Shown here in pieces: positions 9,489 through 18,342 of a stretch of DNA of 61,408 nt. The position numbers and the translations under genes were made by a program. The number at the start of each line of letters is the position of its first letter. Position 1 is the stretch's first letter. The notes below the pieces were generated by a model, which did no database searches, was not told the DNA's origin, and worked only from the letters and a program-made list of their open reading frames with translations. The stretch lies in IMG/VR virus record IMGVR_UViG_3300029258_001409, positions 1 to 61,408 of that record; one strand, written 5' to 3'. Origin of the DNA: a virus. Taxonomy: Duplodnaviria; Caudoviricetes.

Positions 9489-9856
9489 CGAGCGAGCGAG
9501 TGACGCCAGAGGAAGTTCAGGAGATGCGGGGGCTGGAGTCGCAGCCGGGCGGGATAGATATTGTGGCCCTGCGCCTTCTCTCCCTCATCAACGAGTGGGC
9601 GGGGCGGGCGGTGGGTTTTGCTGATCGGTGGAGCGAAGTGGACGATGCCGGGGTGTGGCAGATTGAATCACTGCTTGAGGGGTTTATTGACGCCATCGCC
9701 GAGTTTGCGCCCGAACGGTTCTGTGTCGGGTGTGGGAAGCGGCTAACGGATGAGGAGGTCGAGATGCCCGTAGTCACACAGGCGGGAAGTGGGCGGGCCT
9801 TCTGTGATGGCTGCCCGGAACTCTACGGGCAAGCGCCCGAGCGGGAAACGGGGTGA
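9485..9856 (+). CDS. Hypothetical protein with C-terminal Zn finger
   Basis: GTGA overlap; CVGC...CDGC. Confidence 0.6.
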   Translation: MTSERVTPEEVQEMRGLESQPGGIDIVALRLLSLINEWAGRAVGFADRWSEVDDAGVWQIESLLEGFIDAIAEFAPERFCVGCGKRLTDEEVEMPVVTQAGSGRAFCDGCPELYGQAPERETG

Positions 9857-10135
9857 GTGATGGGGCGAGAAGACTTGCGGGACGTAGAGATCGAACTGGA
9901 GGAAGCGGCCGAGCATGTGCGGGCAGCGGCACGCTACCTGGAAAGGGATCTCCCCGAGGGCACGTTGGTAAGATTCAAGTGCGGCAACATGGTCAGGGAA
10001 CATGAGGCCATTGTCCTGGCGACAACCCTGATATTTCTCAGCCCTCGGGTCTGGATTCAGAACCAGGAGACGGGCGTGTCTAGGTGGATTCCTATGTCGG
10101 CGATCCAGTTCATGAAGGCTGCACGCACCGCGTAG
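9857..10135 (+). CDS. Hypothetical protein
   Basis: Operonic packing. Confidence 0.55.
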   Translation: MMGREDLRDVEIELEEAAEHVRAAARYLERDLPEGTLVRFKCGNMVREHEAIVLATTLIFLSPRVWIQNQETGVSRWIPMSAIQFMKAARTA

Positions 10136-10142
10136 GAACACA

Positions 10143-10373
10143 ATGGAGGGGCCGATGCACCAGGAATTCGACTGGAGCGATTGGATTCCCCTCTCGGGTG
10201 GAACGGGGGGAGAGGTAAGGGCCAGCGCAAAGCATACGCTTCAATTCATGATAGACCAACTGGAGCGATCAAGAGTACCGTGGAGGTGGCGTGAGACTGT
10301 TTACCAGGACGGGTCGAGCAGGTTTGTTCTTTGGAGGCCGCGACCGGAAGGATGGAAAGGGCGGGCCTGGTGA
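10143..10373 (+). CDS. Hypothetical protein
   Basis: AGGA RBS. Confidence 0.5.
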   Translation: MEGPMHQEFDWSDWIPLSGGTGGEVRASAKHTLQFMIDQLERSRVPWRWRETVYQDGSSRFVLWRPRPEGWKGRAW

Positions 10374-10653
10374 CATTCCGGTCAAGATCGAGAAGCGAAA
10401 GCGAGTTGTCACGGCGGTCGATTTCCCAAAGAGGTCTCTGGTTGGAATTCCTCATGGCGTCTCCTGGTGGGAAATGAGATGCGAGGCAATGTGCATTGCC
10501 GAGCTTCGCCTTGAGTATCGAGACGGGAGAATCGAGGAGCGGTTTCTGTATGAGCACGGTCCATCCATGATGATTCCCGGGCCCATGCGATCTGTCTCGT
10601 TTGGGGGGGCGGGCCCCGATCGGTTGTGGGCGCCTCCGGGAATGCACCTGTAG
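10291..10653 (+). CDS. Hypothetical protein (start uncertain)
   Basis: Fills the gap before the next gene. Confidence 0.4.
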   Translation: MRLFTRTGRAGLFFGGRDRKDGKGGPGDIPVKIEKRKRVVTAVDFPKRSLVGIPHGVSWWEMRCEAMCIAELRLEYRDGRIEERFLYEHGPSMMIPGPMRSVSFGGAGPDRLWAPPGMHL

Positions 10654-10673
10654 ATCGAGTGGGGGGACGATCA

Positions 10674-11237
10674 ATGGCCGGAGAGAGGATCACTATCTGG
10701 GGCCCGACGCCCGAGAAGATGAAGGAAATGCGTGCCCTCATCGCCGAGTTCGCTGCGAAAGGGGACTCTCCGCTACTGAGCGACGAATGGCGTGGGCTTC
10801 TCGAATGCGCTCTCGAACTTCAGAAGATGGTTGATGGGTGGGCCTGGGATGCCGACGCGATAATCGAGGCGGGCAGCATTCTCGGTGGAGATCAAGAAGC
10901 AGTCGGTCTGGCACAGCTTCTCATCCAGGACATTCACAGATTCCACCACCCAGATTCGGGAGAAGACCCGGATCGGGACCCGAGGGCGCCAACCTTTCTA
11001 TCGGTCGGCCAGGAACTGCACCCGGAGGATGCCGAGAAGGCGAAAGATCTGGACCGATTCCTCAATCAGAAGCACGAGGGTTGCGGTGGTAGGCTGATGC
11101 TGGGGAAGCGGGGAACCTATCTCGGCGGGCGCGACATCTGGGTGTGTCTCCGATGTGGACGTTGGTGTTTTGCTCAGACACCACGGCTGGAGCGTGAGCG
11201 CGGATGGCATGACCGAAATGCTCGCCCAGACTACTAG
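10674..11237 (+). CDS. Hypothetical protein with C-terminal Zn ribbon
   Basis: HEGC...CLRC; poly-G RBS. Confidence 0.6.
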   Translation: MAGERITIWGPTPEKMKEMRALIAEFAAKGDSPLLSDEWRGLLECALELQKMVDGWAWDADAIIEAGSILGGDQEAVGLAQLLIQDIHRFHHPDSGEDPDRDPRAPTFLSVGQELHPEDAEKAKDLDRFLNQKHEGCGGRLMLGKRGTYLGGRDIWVCLRCGRWCFAQTPRLERERGWHDRNARPDY

Positions 11238-11282
11238 AAGGCAGCGGTTGAATTCACCCCTGGGGTTAAGAGGAGGCCCGGC

Positions 11283-12038
11283 ATGGCGCGTAGGGGAATG
11301 TTGCACTTTGCACTGATCGAGAGCGAGACGCCGAACCCGGAACAGAGGGAGTATGACATTGCCGAGGAAATTGCTCGGTTCACAGTACCAGGCAGTCTCC
11401 GGTCTTGTTTCACGCATGTCCTGAAGATGAACAAGGATGAGAGCTGGCGAGACCTGGAGCGGGAGCGGGATCTTGCGAGGATGATTCTCCTGGGCGCTAT
11501 ATTCCTCCAGGCCAGCCGACGGCGCGGTGGGAAACGATCTGGGCTCATGCTGGCCCGTACCGTGGAAGCGCTCGCTGCTGTTTCATATCCCGGGAACGAG
11601 GAGAAGCAGTTGCAATTCGCGGCAAGTCTGTTTGGGCCCCTGCACACCAAAGAGGGAGAAGTAAGGACGCTGCGCGAGAGGGTGGACCTTCCTCCACGCG
11701 GTAAAGAGGCGGACGGCGTTCTCATTGTTTATCCTGGGCCATCCGGTCACGATTGGCTCGTGGTGCCGCTCTGGCCGGGCCCGGGAACTTGGAGCCATAA
11801 GCTCAGAGGAAACGTGTGTAGTGCGGGTGTCAGGATTGCGAGGCACCACCAGGCTACATCTGGTTCTGTTGAAGCGTTGGCGGCAGGAACCACTGGATCA
11901 GTTTGTTTCGACATCCCGCTCCCGCCAGTGGGGGACGCGAGGTCTGCCGTAGATCGAATGAAAGCAGCAATCGACGTGCTCACGACTCTCGTAATTCACA
12001 TGGAAGTCGAGACTGAGGCGATCGAGGATGGAGAGTAG
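11283..12038 (+). CDS. Hypothetical protein
   Basis: GAGGAGG RBS; 251 aa. Confidence 0.65.
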   Translation: MARRGMLHFALIESETPNPEQREYDIAEEIARFTVPGSLRSCFTHVLKMNKDESWRDLERERDLARMILLGAIFLQASRRRGGKRSGLMLARTVEALAAVSYPGNEEKQLQFAASLFGPLHTKEGEVRTLRERVDLPPRGKEADGVLIVYPGPSGHDWLVVPLWPGPGTWSHKLRGNVCSAGVRIARHHQATSGSVEALAAGTTGSVCFDIPLPPVGDARSAVDRMKAAIDVLTTLVIHMEVETEAIEDGE

Positions 12039-12049
12039 AGGTAAATCAC

Positions 12050-12406
12050 GTGGCGTTTCGAGCGTGGGATGGGGTTCTGGTGATTGAAAACGAATTCGAG
12101 GGGCGCCGTCTCATGGCGCAGGAGATTGCTGCGTTTCATGCAGGCACCCTCTTGGACGAACAGGCATTGCTGACCCAGGCGGGTATTCGTGTGAGGGGAG
12201 GCAGGAGAAACCGGGGGGACTCTCGGAAGGCCGAGAACGTGACCATGCTGGATCTCAGCATGAACCCGTTCTGCCCAGAGTGCAATACCCGCCTGGAATT
12301 CATCAGCGAGGATACCGCGGTGTGTCATGGATGTGGCCTGGGGGGCGCGACCCTGCTGGCGCGCATCGAGCAGAGGAGGACCGATCCCGATGCCACGATC
12401 TGGTGA
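12050..12406 (+). CDS. Zn-ribbon protein
   Basis: CPEC...CHGC; GAGGT RBS. Confidence 0.6.
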   Translation: MAFRAWDGVLVIENEFEGRRLMAQEIAAFHAGTLLDEQALLTQAGIRVRGGRRNRGDSRKAENVTMLDLSMNPFCPECNTRLEFISEDTAVCHGCGLGGATLLARIEQRRTDPDATIW

Positions 12407-12941
12407 CACCTGTATCGCATGTCTCACCGAGCTCATTGTCTCGGTATTCCAGATGTCGCCTGTTTCCTTCGGGCTGCCAGACCACAATGAGGTCGAGTCG
12501 ACGCGGCCCCGGCTCATCCTCAAGGGCAAGACGGTCGATGAACGGTTAGAGGAGTTCCGGGAGATGCTATGCCTGGATCGTGAGATGTGCGCCTCGTTGC
12601 GGTACATCGAGAGCTGTCAGTCTTCGAAGGGGGGATTCGACGTGAGCGGATTGAGCGGAAGCCCGACTCCAGAACTGAGGGTAAGCAATGTCCAGCAGGA
12701 GATGGAAAGGCTCTTTGGGAGCGCGTCAGAGCTGGAGTCGATTGTCCAGTCTCTCGATGAGCGCCTGGGCCCCATTCTATCGACCGGCGGTGAGATCATT
12801 CGCGGTTCAGACCCTCGGCTGATAACAACCGAGAAAGAGCCCGACCTGGTGGAGCACGCCAAGTCTATCCGTTCCGCTAGAATCAGAGTCAACGCCCAGG
12901 TCGAGCATCTTCGCCTGATGCTGGAGAGAGTGGAACTGTAA
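12390..12941 (+). CDS. Hypothetical coiled-coil protein
   Basis: GAGGAGG RBS before ATG 12390. Confidence 0.5.
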   Translation: MPRSGDTCIACLTELIVSVFQMSPVSFGLPDHNEVESTRPRLILKGKTVDERLEEFREMLCLDREMCASLRYIESCQSSKGGFDVSGLSGSPTPELRVSNVQQEMERLFGSASELESIVQSLDERLGPILSTGGEIIRGSDPRLITTEKEPDLVEHAKSIRSARIRVNAQVEHLRLMLERVEL

Positions 12942-12955
12942 GGGGGGGGGGCGGT

Positions 12956-13252
12956 ATGAAACGAACCGATGCTATGAGGGCCCATATGGCCTGGCGCAGA
13001 TCTCTTTTCACGGATGGGCTGCGGGCTGAATTCGTGCGGGACCCGCGTGAGTCGATATGGTGTCCTTACTGCGAGGAGCAATATGACGACGATGACTATC
13101 ACTGCGTTACGATGTGGGGAGAGCCGGAGACCAAGACCGGGTTCCATGAAGTCACATGCAACCACTGCGGGAGAGACTTCTTTGTAAATGAGAGAGTGCG
13201 CCGAACATACAAATCCACCACCGCAGAGCTGATGGTCCACGATGAAACCTGA
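12956..13252 (+). CDS. Zn-finger protein, tandem paralogue 1
   Basis: WCPYC...VTCNHC; similar to 13286..13597. Confidence 0.75.
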   Translation: MKRTDAMRAHMAWRRSLFTDGLRAEFVRDPRESIWCPYCEEQYDDDDYHCVTMWGEPETKTGFHEVTCNHCGRDFFVNERVRRTYKSTTAELMVHDET

Positions 13253-13285
13253 TGCTGGAGAGAGTGGAACTGTAGCGGGGGGACG

Positions 13286-13597
13286 ATGAAAAGATACGAT
13301 GCGGCCAGGGCCTACATGTTGTGGCGTAAATCCCTCGGCGTTGAGGGGCCCGTGGATATGGCGGCGTTTGCGCCCCCCCCAAGAGAATCTATCTGGTGCC
13401 CCTACTGCGACGAACGCTACGAGGACGAGGGGGATGAATGCGTGACACTCCATGGCGAGCCTGAGACTAGGAGCGGCTACCACGAAGTGACCTGCGCTCA
13501 CTGCGGGGCGGACTTTGCAGTTGAAGAAGGTGTGTACCGCTGGTACGAGTCGCACCAGCTAACGCACGGAGTCGTGGAGGACTCATGCAAGCCCTGA
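13286..13597 (+). CDS. Zn-finger protein, tandem paralogue 2
   Basis: WCPYC...VTCAHC. Confidence 0.75.
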   Translation: MKRYDAARAYMLWRKSLGVEGPVDMAAFAPPPRESIWCPYCDERYEDEGDECVTLHGEPETRSGYHEVTCAHCGADFAVEEGVYRWYESHQLTHGVVEDSCKP

Positions 13598-14040
13598 GCA
13601 TCCAGCAGCCCTGGGCATGGCTCATTGTCGAAGGGATCAAGGACATCGAGAACAGAAACTGGCCCACGGCGTTCAGGGGCCCGTTTTTGGTTCATGCGGG
13701 AAAGCGATTTGATAAGGCGGCCTACGAATGGCTTCGGATGCAGCCGATGTTCAGCGACGACAGGATCAGGCTTCCGCTGCCGACGGAGTATCGGCGCGGG
13801 GGCATCATCGGAAAAGTCGATCTTGTTGGTTGCGTCACTGCTCACGACAGCCTATGGTTTCATGGTCGGTATGGATTCGTGCTCAAGAATCCGGCTACTC
13901 TGCCATTCCTGGAGTTCCCCGGCAAGCTGGGCTGGTTCTCGGTCCCCATGAATGAGCAGTGGGAAGAATGGTTTCAATTCACTTGGGAAGAAGCGGATGG
14001 ACAGCAGCAAGGAATGGCTGATGGCAGCGCAGGCCCTTGA
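13585..14040 (+). CDS. ASCH domain protein
   Basis: ALSIQQPWAWLIVEGIKDIENR...RGPFLVHAG. Confidence 0.9.
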   Translation: MQALSIQQPWAWLIVEGIKDIENRNWPTAFRGPFLVHAGKRFDKAAYEWLRMQPMFSDDRIRLPLPTEYRRGGIIGKVDLVGCVTAHDSLWFHGRYGFVLKNPATLPFLEFPGKLGWFSVPMNEQWEEWFQFTWEEADGQQQGMADGSAGP

Positions 14041-14296
14041 GATTATTAAGAAAACCCCCAGCTATGAGGACTTTCTTCGCGACAATCTGAGATTCATTCA
14101 GGAGGCGGTTCTTCAATATTGGCTGGAGCATGGCGAGTCTCCCCATGTGATTGTTTCTCCGGTCGAGGCAGAAAAGATTGGAGAGGGCCCTGACAGGCGC
14201 TACATCTACCAGCCAACCGTCCAGATTCAGATCGAGCGGCCACGAAATGAGAAGGAAGCGAACCAGCCGCCACTCGTTGGGCATTGGTGGAATTGA
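13997..14296 (+). CDS. Hypothetical protein
   Basis: Last ORF of the early block. Confidence 0.5.
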   Translation: MDSSKEWLMAAQALEIIKKTPSYEDFLRDNLRFIQEAVLQYWLEHGESPHVIVSPVEAEKIGEGPDRRYIYQPTVQIQIERPRNEKEANQPPLVGHWWN

Positions 14297-14328
14297 GAGT
14301 GGAAAGCTCTCCAGTAGGTGAAATTCGA

Positions 14329-14357
14329 TTGACGGGAAAGGGGGGCGTTGGTAAGCT
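14329..14357 (+). promoter_or_regulatory. sigma70-type promoter at the start of the late region
   Basis: TTGACG-17 nt-TAAGCT with TGn extended -10. Confidence 0.65.
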
Positions 14358-14449
14358 GACATCGAATCCAGAACGAGTCTGACTGCTACCAGTCACCGGC
14401 CATGGCTGAGCGGGTAGGTATCCCCGCGACCATGGCCGGGCGGGGTTGG

Positions 14450-14498
14450 GCCCTGGGGGAGCGTTGCGCGGGTAGCGCCCTCCAGGGCTTTTCTTTTT
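14450..14498 (+). terminator. Rho-independent terminator ending a structured leader
   Basis: gccctgg...ccagggc long stem followed by ttttcttttt. Confidence 0.75.
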
Positions 14499-14741
14499 CC
14501 AGAAGGGGGATGTGGCGATGTCGGAGCGACCGGGTGGAGGAGAAAGGCCGCGAGATGGCGGCGGCAAAGGCAAAGGGCGTGAAGGCGGCAGGCGCGAAGG
14601 ACAGCACCAGGGCGATTGTTCAAAGGGCGGCCCTGGACATGGGCAGGGTGGCGGTCGTGGGGGTGGATCTGGCCGCACAGACTGAGCGAAATAGGTAGGA
14701 CAAAAGTATCACAAAGGTACGACAGAAAAGGGGGTGCCCCG

Positions 14742-15167
14742 GTGAGGTTCAGAATGTTCGTCATGATTATGATGGCAGCGGCGATCTGCGCCCTGGGCTT
14801 CTTTCTCGGGACAGTTGCAAGCATCGACGTGCCGGAGGCTCAGGCCGGTTCGTGTCTGGGGCCACCGGCCTTCGGCGCCTACCCCGAGGAGGACCTGAAT
14901 ATCAATGTCGCCCTGGTCGATGACCCGGCGAATGCCTACCGCCTGAACACCTTCGAAGATCCGCATCCCATCAATGAGCTGACTGTGATCTGCCGAGCGG
15001 GAACCGTCTATGTGCGCGTGTTCGGGGAGTACCATGACAGCAGCACCTGGAGGCAGGTCTTTGCCGGACAGGGGCGGATCATCTCCAGGTGCTCGATAGA
15101 CTCGGTGAAGGTGAAGGCAGGAGAGACCGGAGGAATCGGAGACATTGAATTACGCGGGGGATTCTGA
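14742..15167 (+). CDS. Exported protein with signal peptide
   Basis: MRFRMFVMIMMAAAICALGFFLG...AQA. Confidence 0.65.
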   Translation: MRFRMFVMIMMAAAICALGFFLGTVASIDVPEAQAGSCLGPPAFGAYPEEDLNINVALVDDPANAYRLNTFEDPHPINELTVICRAGTVYVRVFGEYHDSSTWRQVFAGQGRIISRCSIDSVKVKAGETGGIGDIELRGGF

Positions 15168-15169
15168 GG

Positions 15170-15412
15170 ATGGAGCAGTTGAGGCCATGGACCATGAGGG
15201 ACATTGCATCATTCGTGGTCGGAGTGATCTGCCTTCTCGTGTTTCTGGCCCTGTTCTTTCCCAACCCCGAGATTGGGGACCCCGAGAGTCATCAGCATTT
15301 CTACGGAGGAGGGGGACATGAGTACCAGGTGGGCGATTCTCTTGAGTCTGGTGGTTGTGCTGGCGGGATGCTACCTGAATCTGTCCTGGGAGAGCTTACC
15401 GCCGAGATGTGA
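15170..15412 (+). CDS. Small membrane protein
   Basis: One TM helix IASFVVGVICLLVFLALFF. Confidence 0.5.
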   Translation: MEQLRPWTMRDIASFVVGVICLLVFLALFFPNPEIGDPESHQHFYGGGGHEYQVGDSLESGGCAGGMLPESVLGELTAEM

Positions 15413-15725
15413 GGCCCAGGAAGCGGAAATGGTGAAATGGGCCTGGCCGGTTTACTACCCGGACAATGAGTACCGATCCACGAGGCCGGGCAGTTGTGGA
15501 GATGCCGCGGTGCCATTGGCCCGAGGCGCCATTGTCATGTACGACACGGGGCGTGTGGAGCTCAGAATCGACGGCTACGAACCGAGGGACATGCCGAAGC
15601 TCCGACCTCCGATACCGCCGCTTGAGATTGCATACTGGTCTCCCAGCGTGCTCGTGAGATGGGACGGCCAGGTCTGGGTTCATCGGGAGAGTGCGAAGAT
15701 CGAGGAGTGGGTTAAGGTCGAGTGA
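15318..15725 (+). CDS. Lipoprotein
   Basis: MSTRWAILLSLVVVLAGC lipobox; GGAGG RBS. Confidence 0.7.
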   Translation: MSTRWAILLSLVVVLAGCYLNLSWESLPPRCEAQEAEMVKWAWPVYYPDNEYRSTRPGSCGDAAVPLARGAIVMYDTGRVELRIDGYEPRDMPKLRPPIPPLEIAYWSPSVLVRWDGQVWVHRESAKIEEWVKVE

Positions 15726-15733
15726 GAGGATGT

Positions 15734-16060
15734 ATGGGGAAGACGAGGCTGCAACGGATATACGCGGCGATCGAGCGGTGGACCCCAACGAGATTGGGGA
15801 TCATCGAAAACAGGTGGATCGGGTTCCATTTCATGAGGGATGGGGCCGCGGCGGCTGGTGTTCGTGCAGTGGTGGGGCCGGGAGTGCATGTGATGTGGAT
15901 CGTGGTGTTGTCGGCCGCGGTCTATGAAGCAGTGGAACTATGGAGGGATGGGATACCGGACTGTCCCGAACCGGGGGAGGAGGTAAAGTGGTGGGCGTGG
16001 GATACGGCGGGAGATCTTTTCTCGGCGGTATTCCAAGCGACGTTGGGGGCGTTTCTGTAA
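15734..16060 (+). CDS. Small membrane protein
   Basis: Hydrophobic segments; FHF...YEAVE...DTAGDL. Confidence 0.55.
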   Translation: MGKTRLQRIYAAIERWTPTRLGIIENRWIGFHFMRDGAAAAGVRAVVGPGVHVMWIVVLSAAVYEAVELWRDGIPDCPEPGEEVKWWAWDTAGDLFSAVFQATLGAFL

Positions 16061-16078
16061 ACAGGAGTGATCGGACTG

Positions 16079-18319
16079 ATGGGTAATGCATGGCAGAAGG
16101 CTCGATCAAAGCAGGCGAGGGAAGAAGCGGCCAAGTCGGACAGGAGGAAGAAGATCATCAGGCGTGCCGTCATCGGCGCCATCATCTTCTGTGCCGCGTG
16201 TGCGATCATCGGCCTGGTGGCAGGAGACCGCGCCGGTGGAGAGACCATCGAGCTGCAGAACGGGAACAAGCCGGACCCTCTCTATGATGGGATCGAGGAT
16301 ACGTGGATCTGCTCTGGATACCCGTCCTACAACTTCGGGGCGGATGACACGCTACGGCTGGGGTGGGTCCACTTCGTCGGGGGGGACGAATCGGACTCCT
16401 GCCGCATACTGATCCGACCCGATTTCTCAGTTCTCGGATCGAATGCTGCTGTGAATCGAGTGACCCTGGAGCTGACGATTCTCGATGCCCCTAGTGTGTC
16501 ATCATGGACAACTCCGAACATTGCCACGACAACGGCGCGGGAATACTTCTCGACATCGCATGTCCCCTGGTGGGGTGAGGGCGATAACGACTGGCAGGCC
16601 GCCGACCAGGGCGAAGCGAACTGGATGTGCTACAAGGAAGGCTATACGCCGGACTCATCCTGGTGCTCGTGGGGGGCAAGCGAGACCAGTTGGTATTACG
16701 AACCCGGGGAGTGCGGCGACCGGACGCCATCTATGGACGAAATTTCGACGTATCCCGGCGTCGATGTCGTCCACACCTTCGACGTGACTCGCGACTGGAA
16801 CTTTGCGTGTTATGACTCGTTTGATCCGAGCGGGTATGTGTTATGGGACCCGATGGTGGAGGGCATGGGCCGATCCATGAACGCCCATTGCTACGCGTCC
16901 TCTGAATACCCAGACGCGACAAAGCGCCCGAAGTTCATCATCGACTTCACGGATACCACCACGGTCAGGACTGGCGGCGGTGGGATGTTTATGCTGGGAG
17001 GCGTGGATGACCATAGCCAGCGCACATCTGGGGCCCTGCTCCCGACCACCTGGTCGGAGACCACGATCGCCAAAAAGACAGTCGGGATTCGTATCTGCGG
17101 CATAGGGGATGCACATGTCGGTGGGCATCCACCTGGCGGGGATCTCGCCCTCGATTATGCCGGACGCCTGGAACAGTTGAAGCAGCAGTTTGCCTGGTGC
17201 AGTGCTCTCGATGATCCTCCCGCTGTTGCTATTTTCGATGTCGGCGACATGGTGATCGACAACACCCAGAACGCAGATTATTCCGAAGCCCTCGATGACC
17301 ATTTGAGCCCATCGACCACCTGGGAGCCAGTTGGGGGGAATTGGGAGCCTGCCCAGGCATCGGGTGACTCTCTTGGGTTCAAGGGCCTGATGGAGTTCGA
17401 TCCCCCAGACAATCGAGTGAATCCCTTCTGGGATGGCCGCATGTTCAGAATATCCGAGTATGGAGCAGGATCGCTCTACCTCGTGACGCTCTCGAACGTC
17501 AGGGGCGGTTTCGAGGGAGATGAGTGCTATGTCTATGGGACTCCGGGCGCCTATACGTGCTGCCCCGCAGATGACGGCCTGCACCGGCCAGGATCGGACC
17601 AGTACAGTTTCGTGAACTGGTGTGCTACATCTCTGCCGGGTGACTCGTGGAAGATCGGCACCGCCCACAACGGTGTCTATGGATGCGAGGTCTATCAGTC
17701 CATCCGGCCCAACCAGAGAGAGGCGAGGCACGCGGGTGGATATGGTGCCATCCTGGAGGCGGGGGGGTTCGATCTGATCGTCACGGGCGATCAGCATGTC
17801 GGCTACCGAACAGAGCGAATCCAAGCCGCCGTCGCAGACTCGGGAGGGTGGCCGGCGGACAGTCCGATGGTCTATCTGGATGAATCCAGCACAGTGTATC
17901 TCGGTGTGGGAGGAGCAAGAGATCGGATGTCAGATACGCCCTGGTGGCCCAGGTGGTATTGGGATGATCCGCCCGACTCGATCTGGAGAACCGGCTGGTT
18001 CCCGGACCACAAGACGGGCAAGCCCGATTCCGTCATGGTCGCTCGTGGCTATCTCATCAACTGGTATCAGGGCAATCTGGAGTACAAGCACGGGCAGTTC
18101 ACCTACCGTGAGGCGGACACCACGACCTATGTATTCGACATGGTGATGAACTGCACGCGGGCATTCTGCCGCATCGTGGATATCGGCTACAATCTGGCGC
18201 CGGAAACGGTGCTCGACCAATGGGTCATGGTCAGGGAAGGGGGGAACACGGTCTGGAACGCTCCGCGGGCCCCAAGGGAGTTCGTGGAGCGGGATACTCT
18301 CGACGATTTCGAACTGTAG
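16079..18319 (+). CDS. Membrane-anchored DNRLRE-like domain plus calcineurin-like metallophosphoesterase
   Basis: TM anchor; EDTWI...NFGA...RILIRPDFS...RPKFII; GDAH, VGDMV, GNWE, TAHN, GDQH. Confidence 0.7.
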   Translation: MGNAWQKARSKQAREEAAKSDRRKKIIRRAVIGAIIFCAACAIIGLVAGDRAGGETIELQNGNKPDPLYDGIEDTWICSGYPSYNFGADDTLRLGWVHFVGGDESDSCRILIRPDFSVLGSNAAVNRVTLELTILDAPSVSSWTTPNIATTTAREYFSTSHVPWWGEGDNDWQAADQGEANWMCYKEGYTPDSSWCSWGASETSWYYEPGECGDRTPSMDEISTYPGVDVVHTFDVTRDWNFACYDSFDPSGYVLWDPMVEGMGRSMNAHCYASSEYPDATKRPKFIIDFTDTTTVRTGGGGMFMLGGVDDHSQRTSGALLPTTWSETTIAKKTVGIRICGIGDAHVGGHPPGGDLALDYAGRLEQLKQQFAWCSALDDPPAVAIFDVGDMVIDNTQNADYSEALDDHLSPSTTWEPVGGNWEPAQASGDSLGFKGLMEFDPPDNRVNPFWDGRMFRISEYGAGSLYLVTLSNVRGGFEGDECYVYGTPGAYTCCPADDGLHRPGSDQYSFVNWCATSLPGDSWKIGTAHNGVYGCEVYQSIRPNQREARHAGGYGAILEAGGFDLIVTGDQHVGYRTERIQAAVADSGGWPADSPMVYLDESSTVYLGVGGARDRMSDTPWWPRWYWDDPPDSIWRTGWFPDHKTGKPDSVMVARGYLINWYQGNLEYKHGQFTYREADTTTYVFDMVMNCTRAFCRIVDIGYNLAPETVLDQWVMVREGGNTVWNAPRAPREFVERDTLDDFEL

Positions 18320-18342
18320 CGGGGGACTAAGCGAGGGGGCAG

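Noticed and set aside
14380-14498. Structured region as a tRNA
   Set aside because: No cloverleaf, T-loop GTTCRA or CCA end
14402-14698. ORF across the late leader
   Set aside because: Its 5' half overlaps the hairpins and terminator; at most a short peptide from about 14555, unsupported
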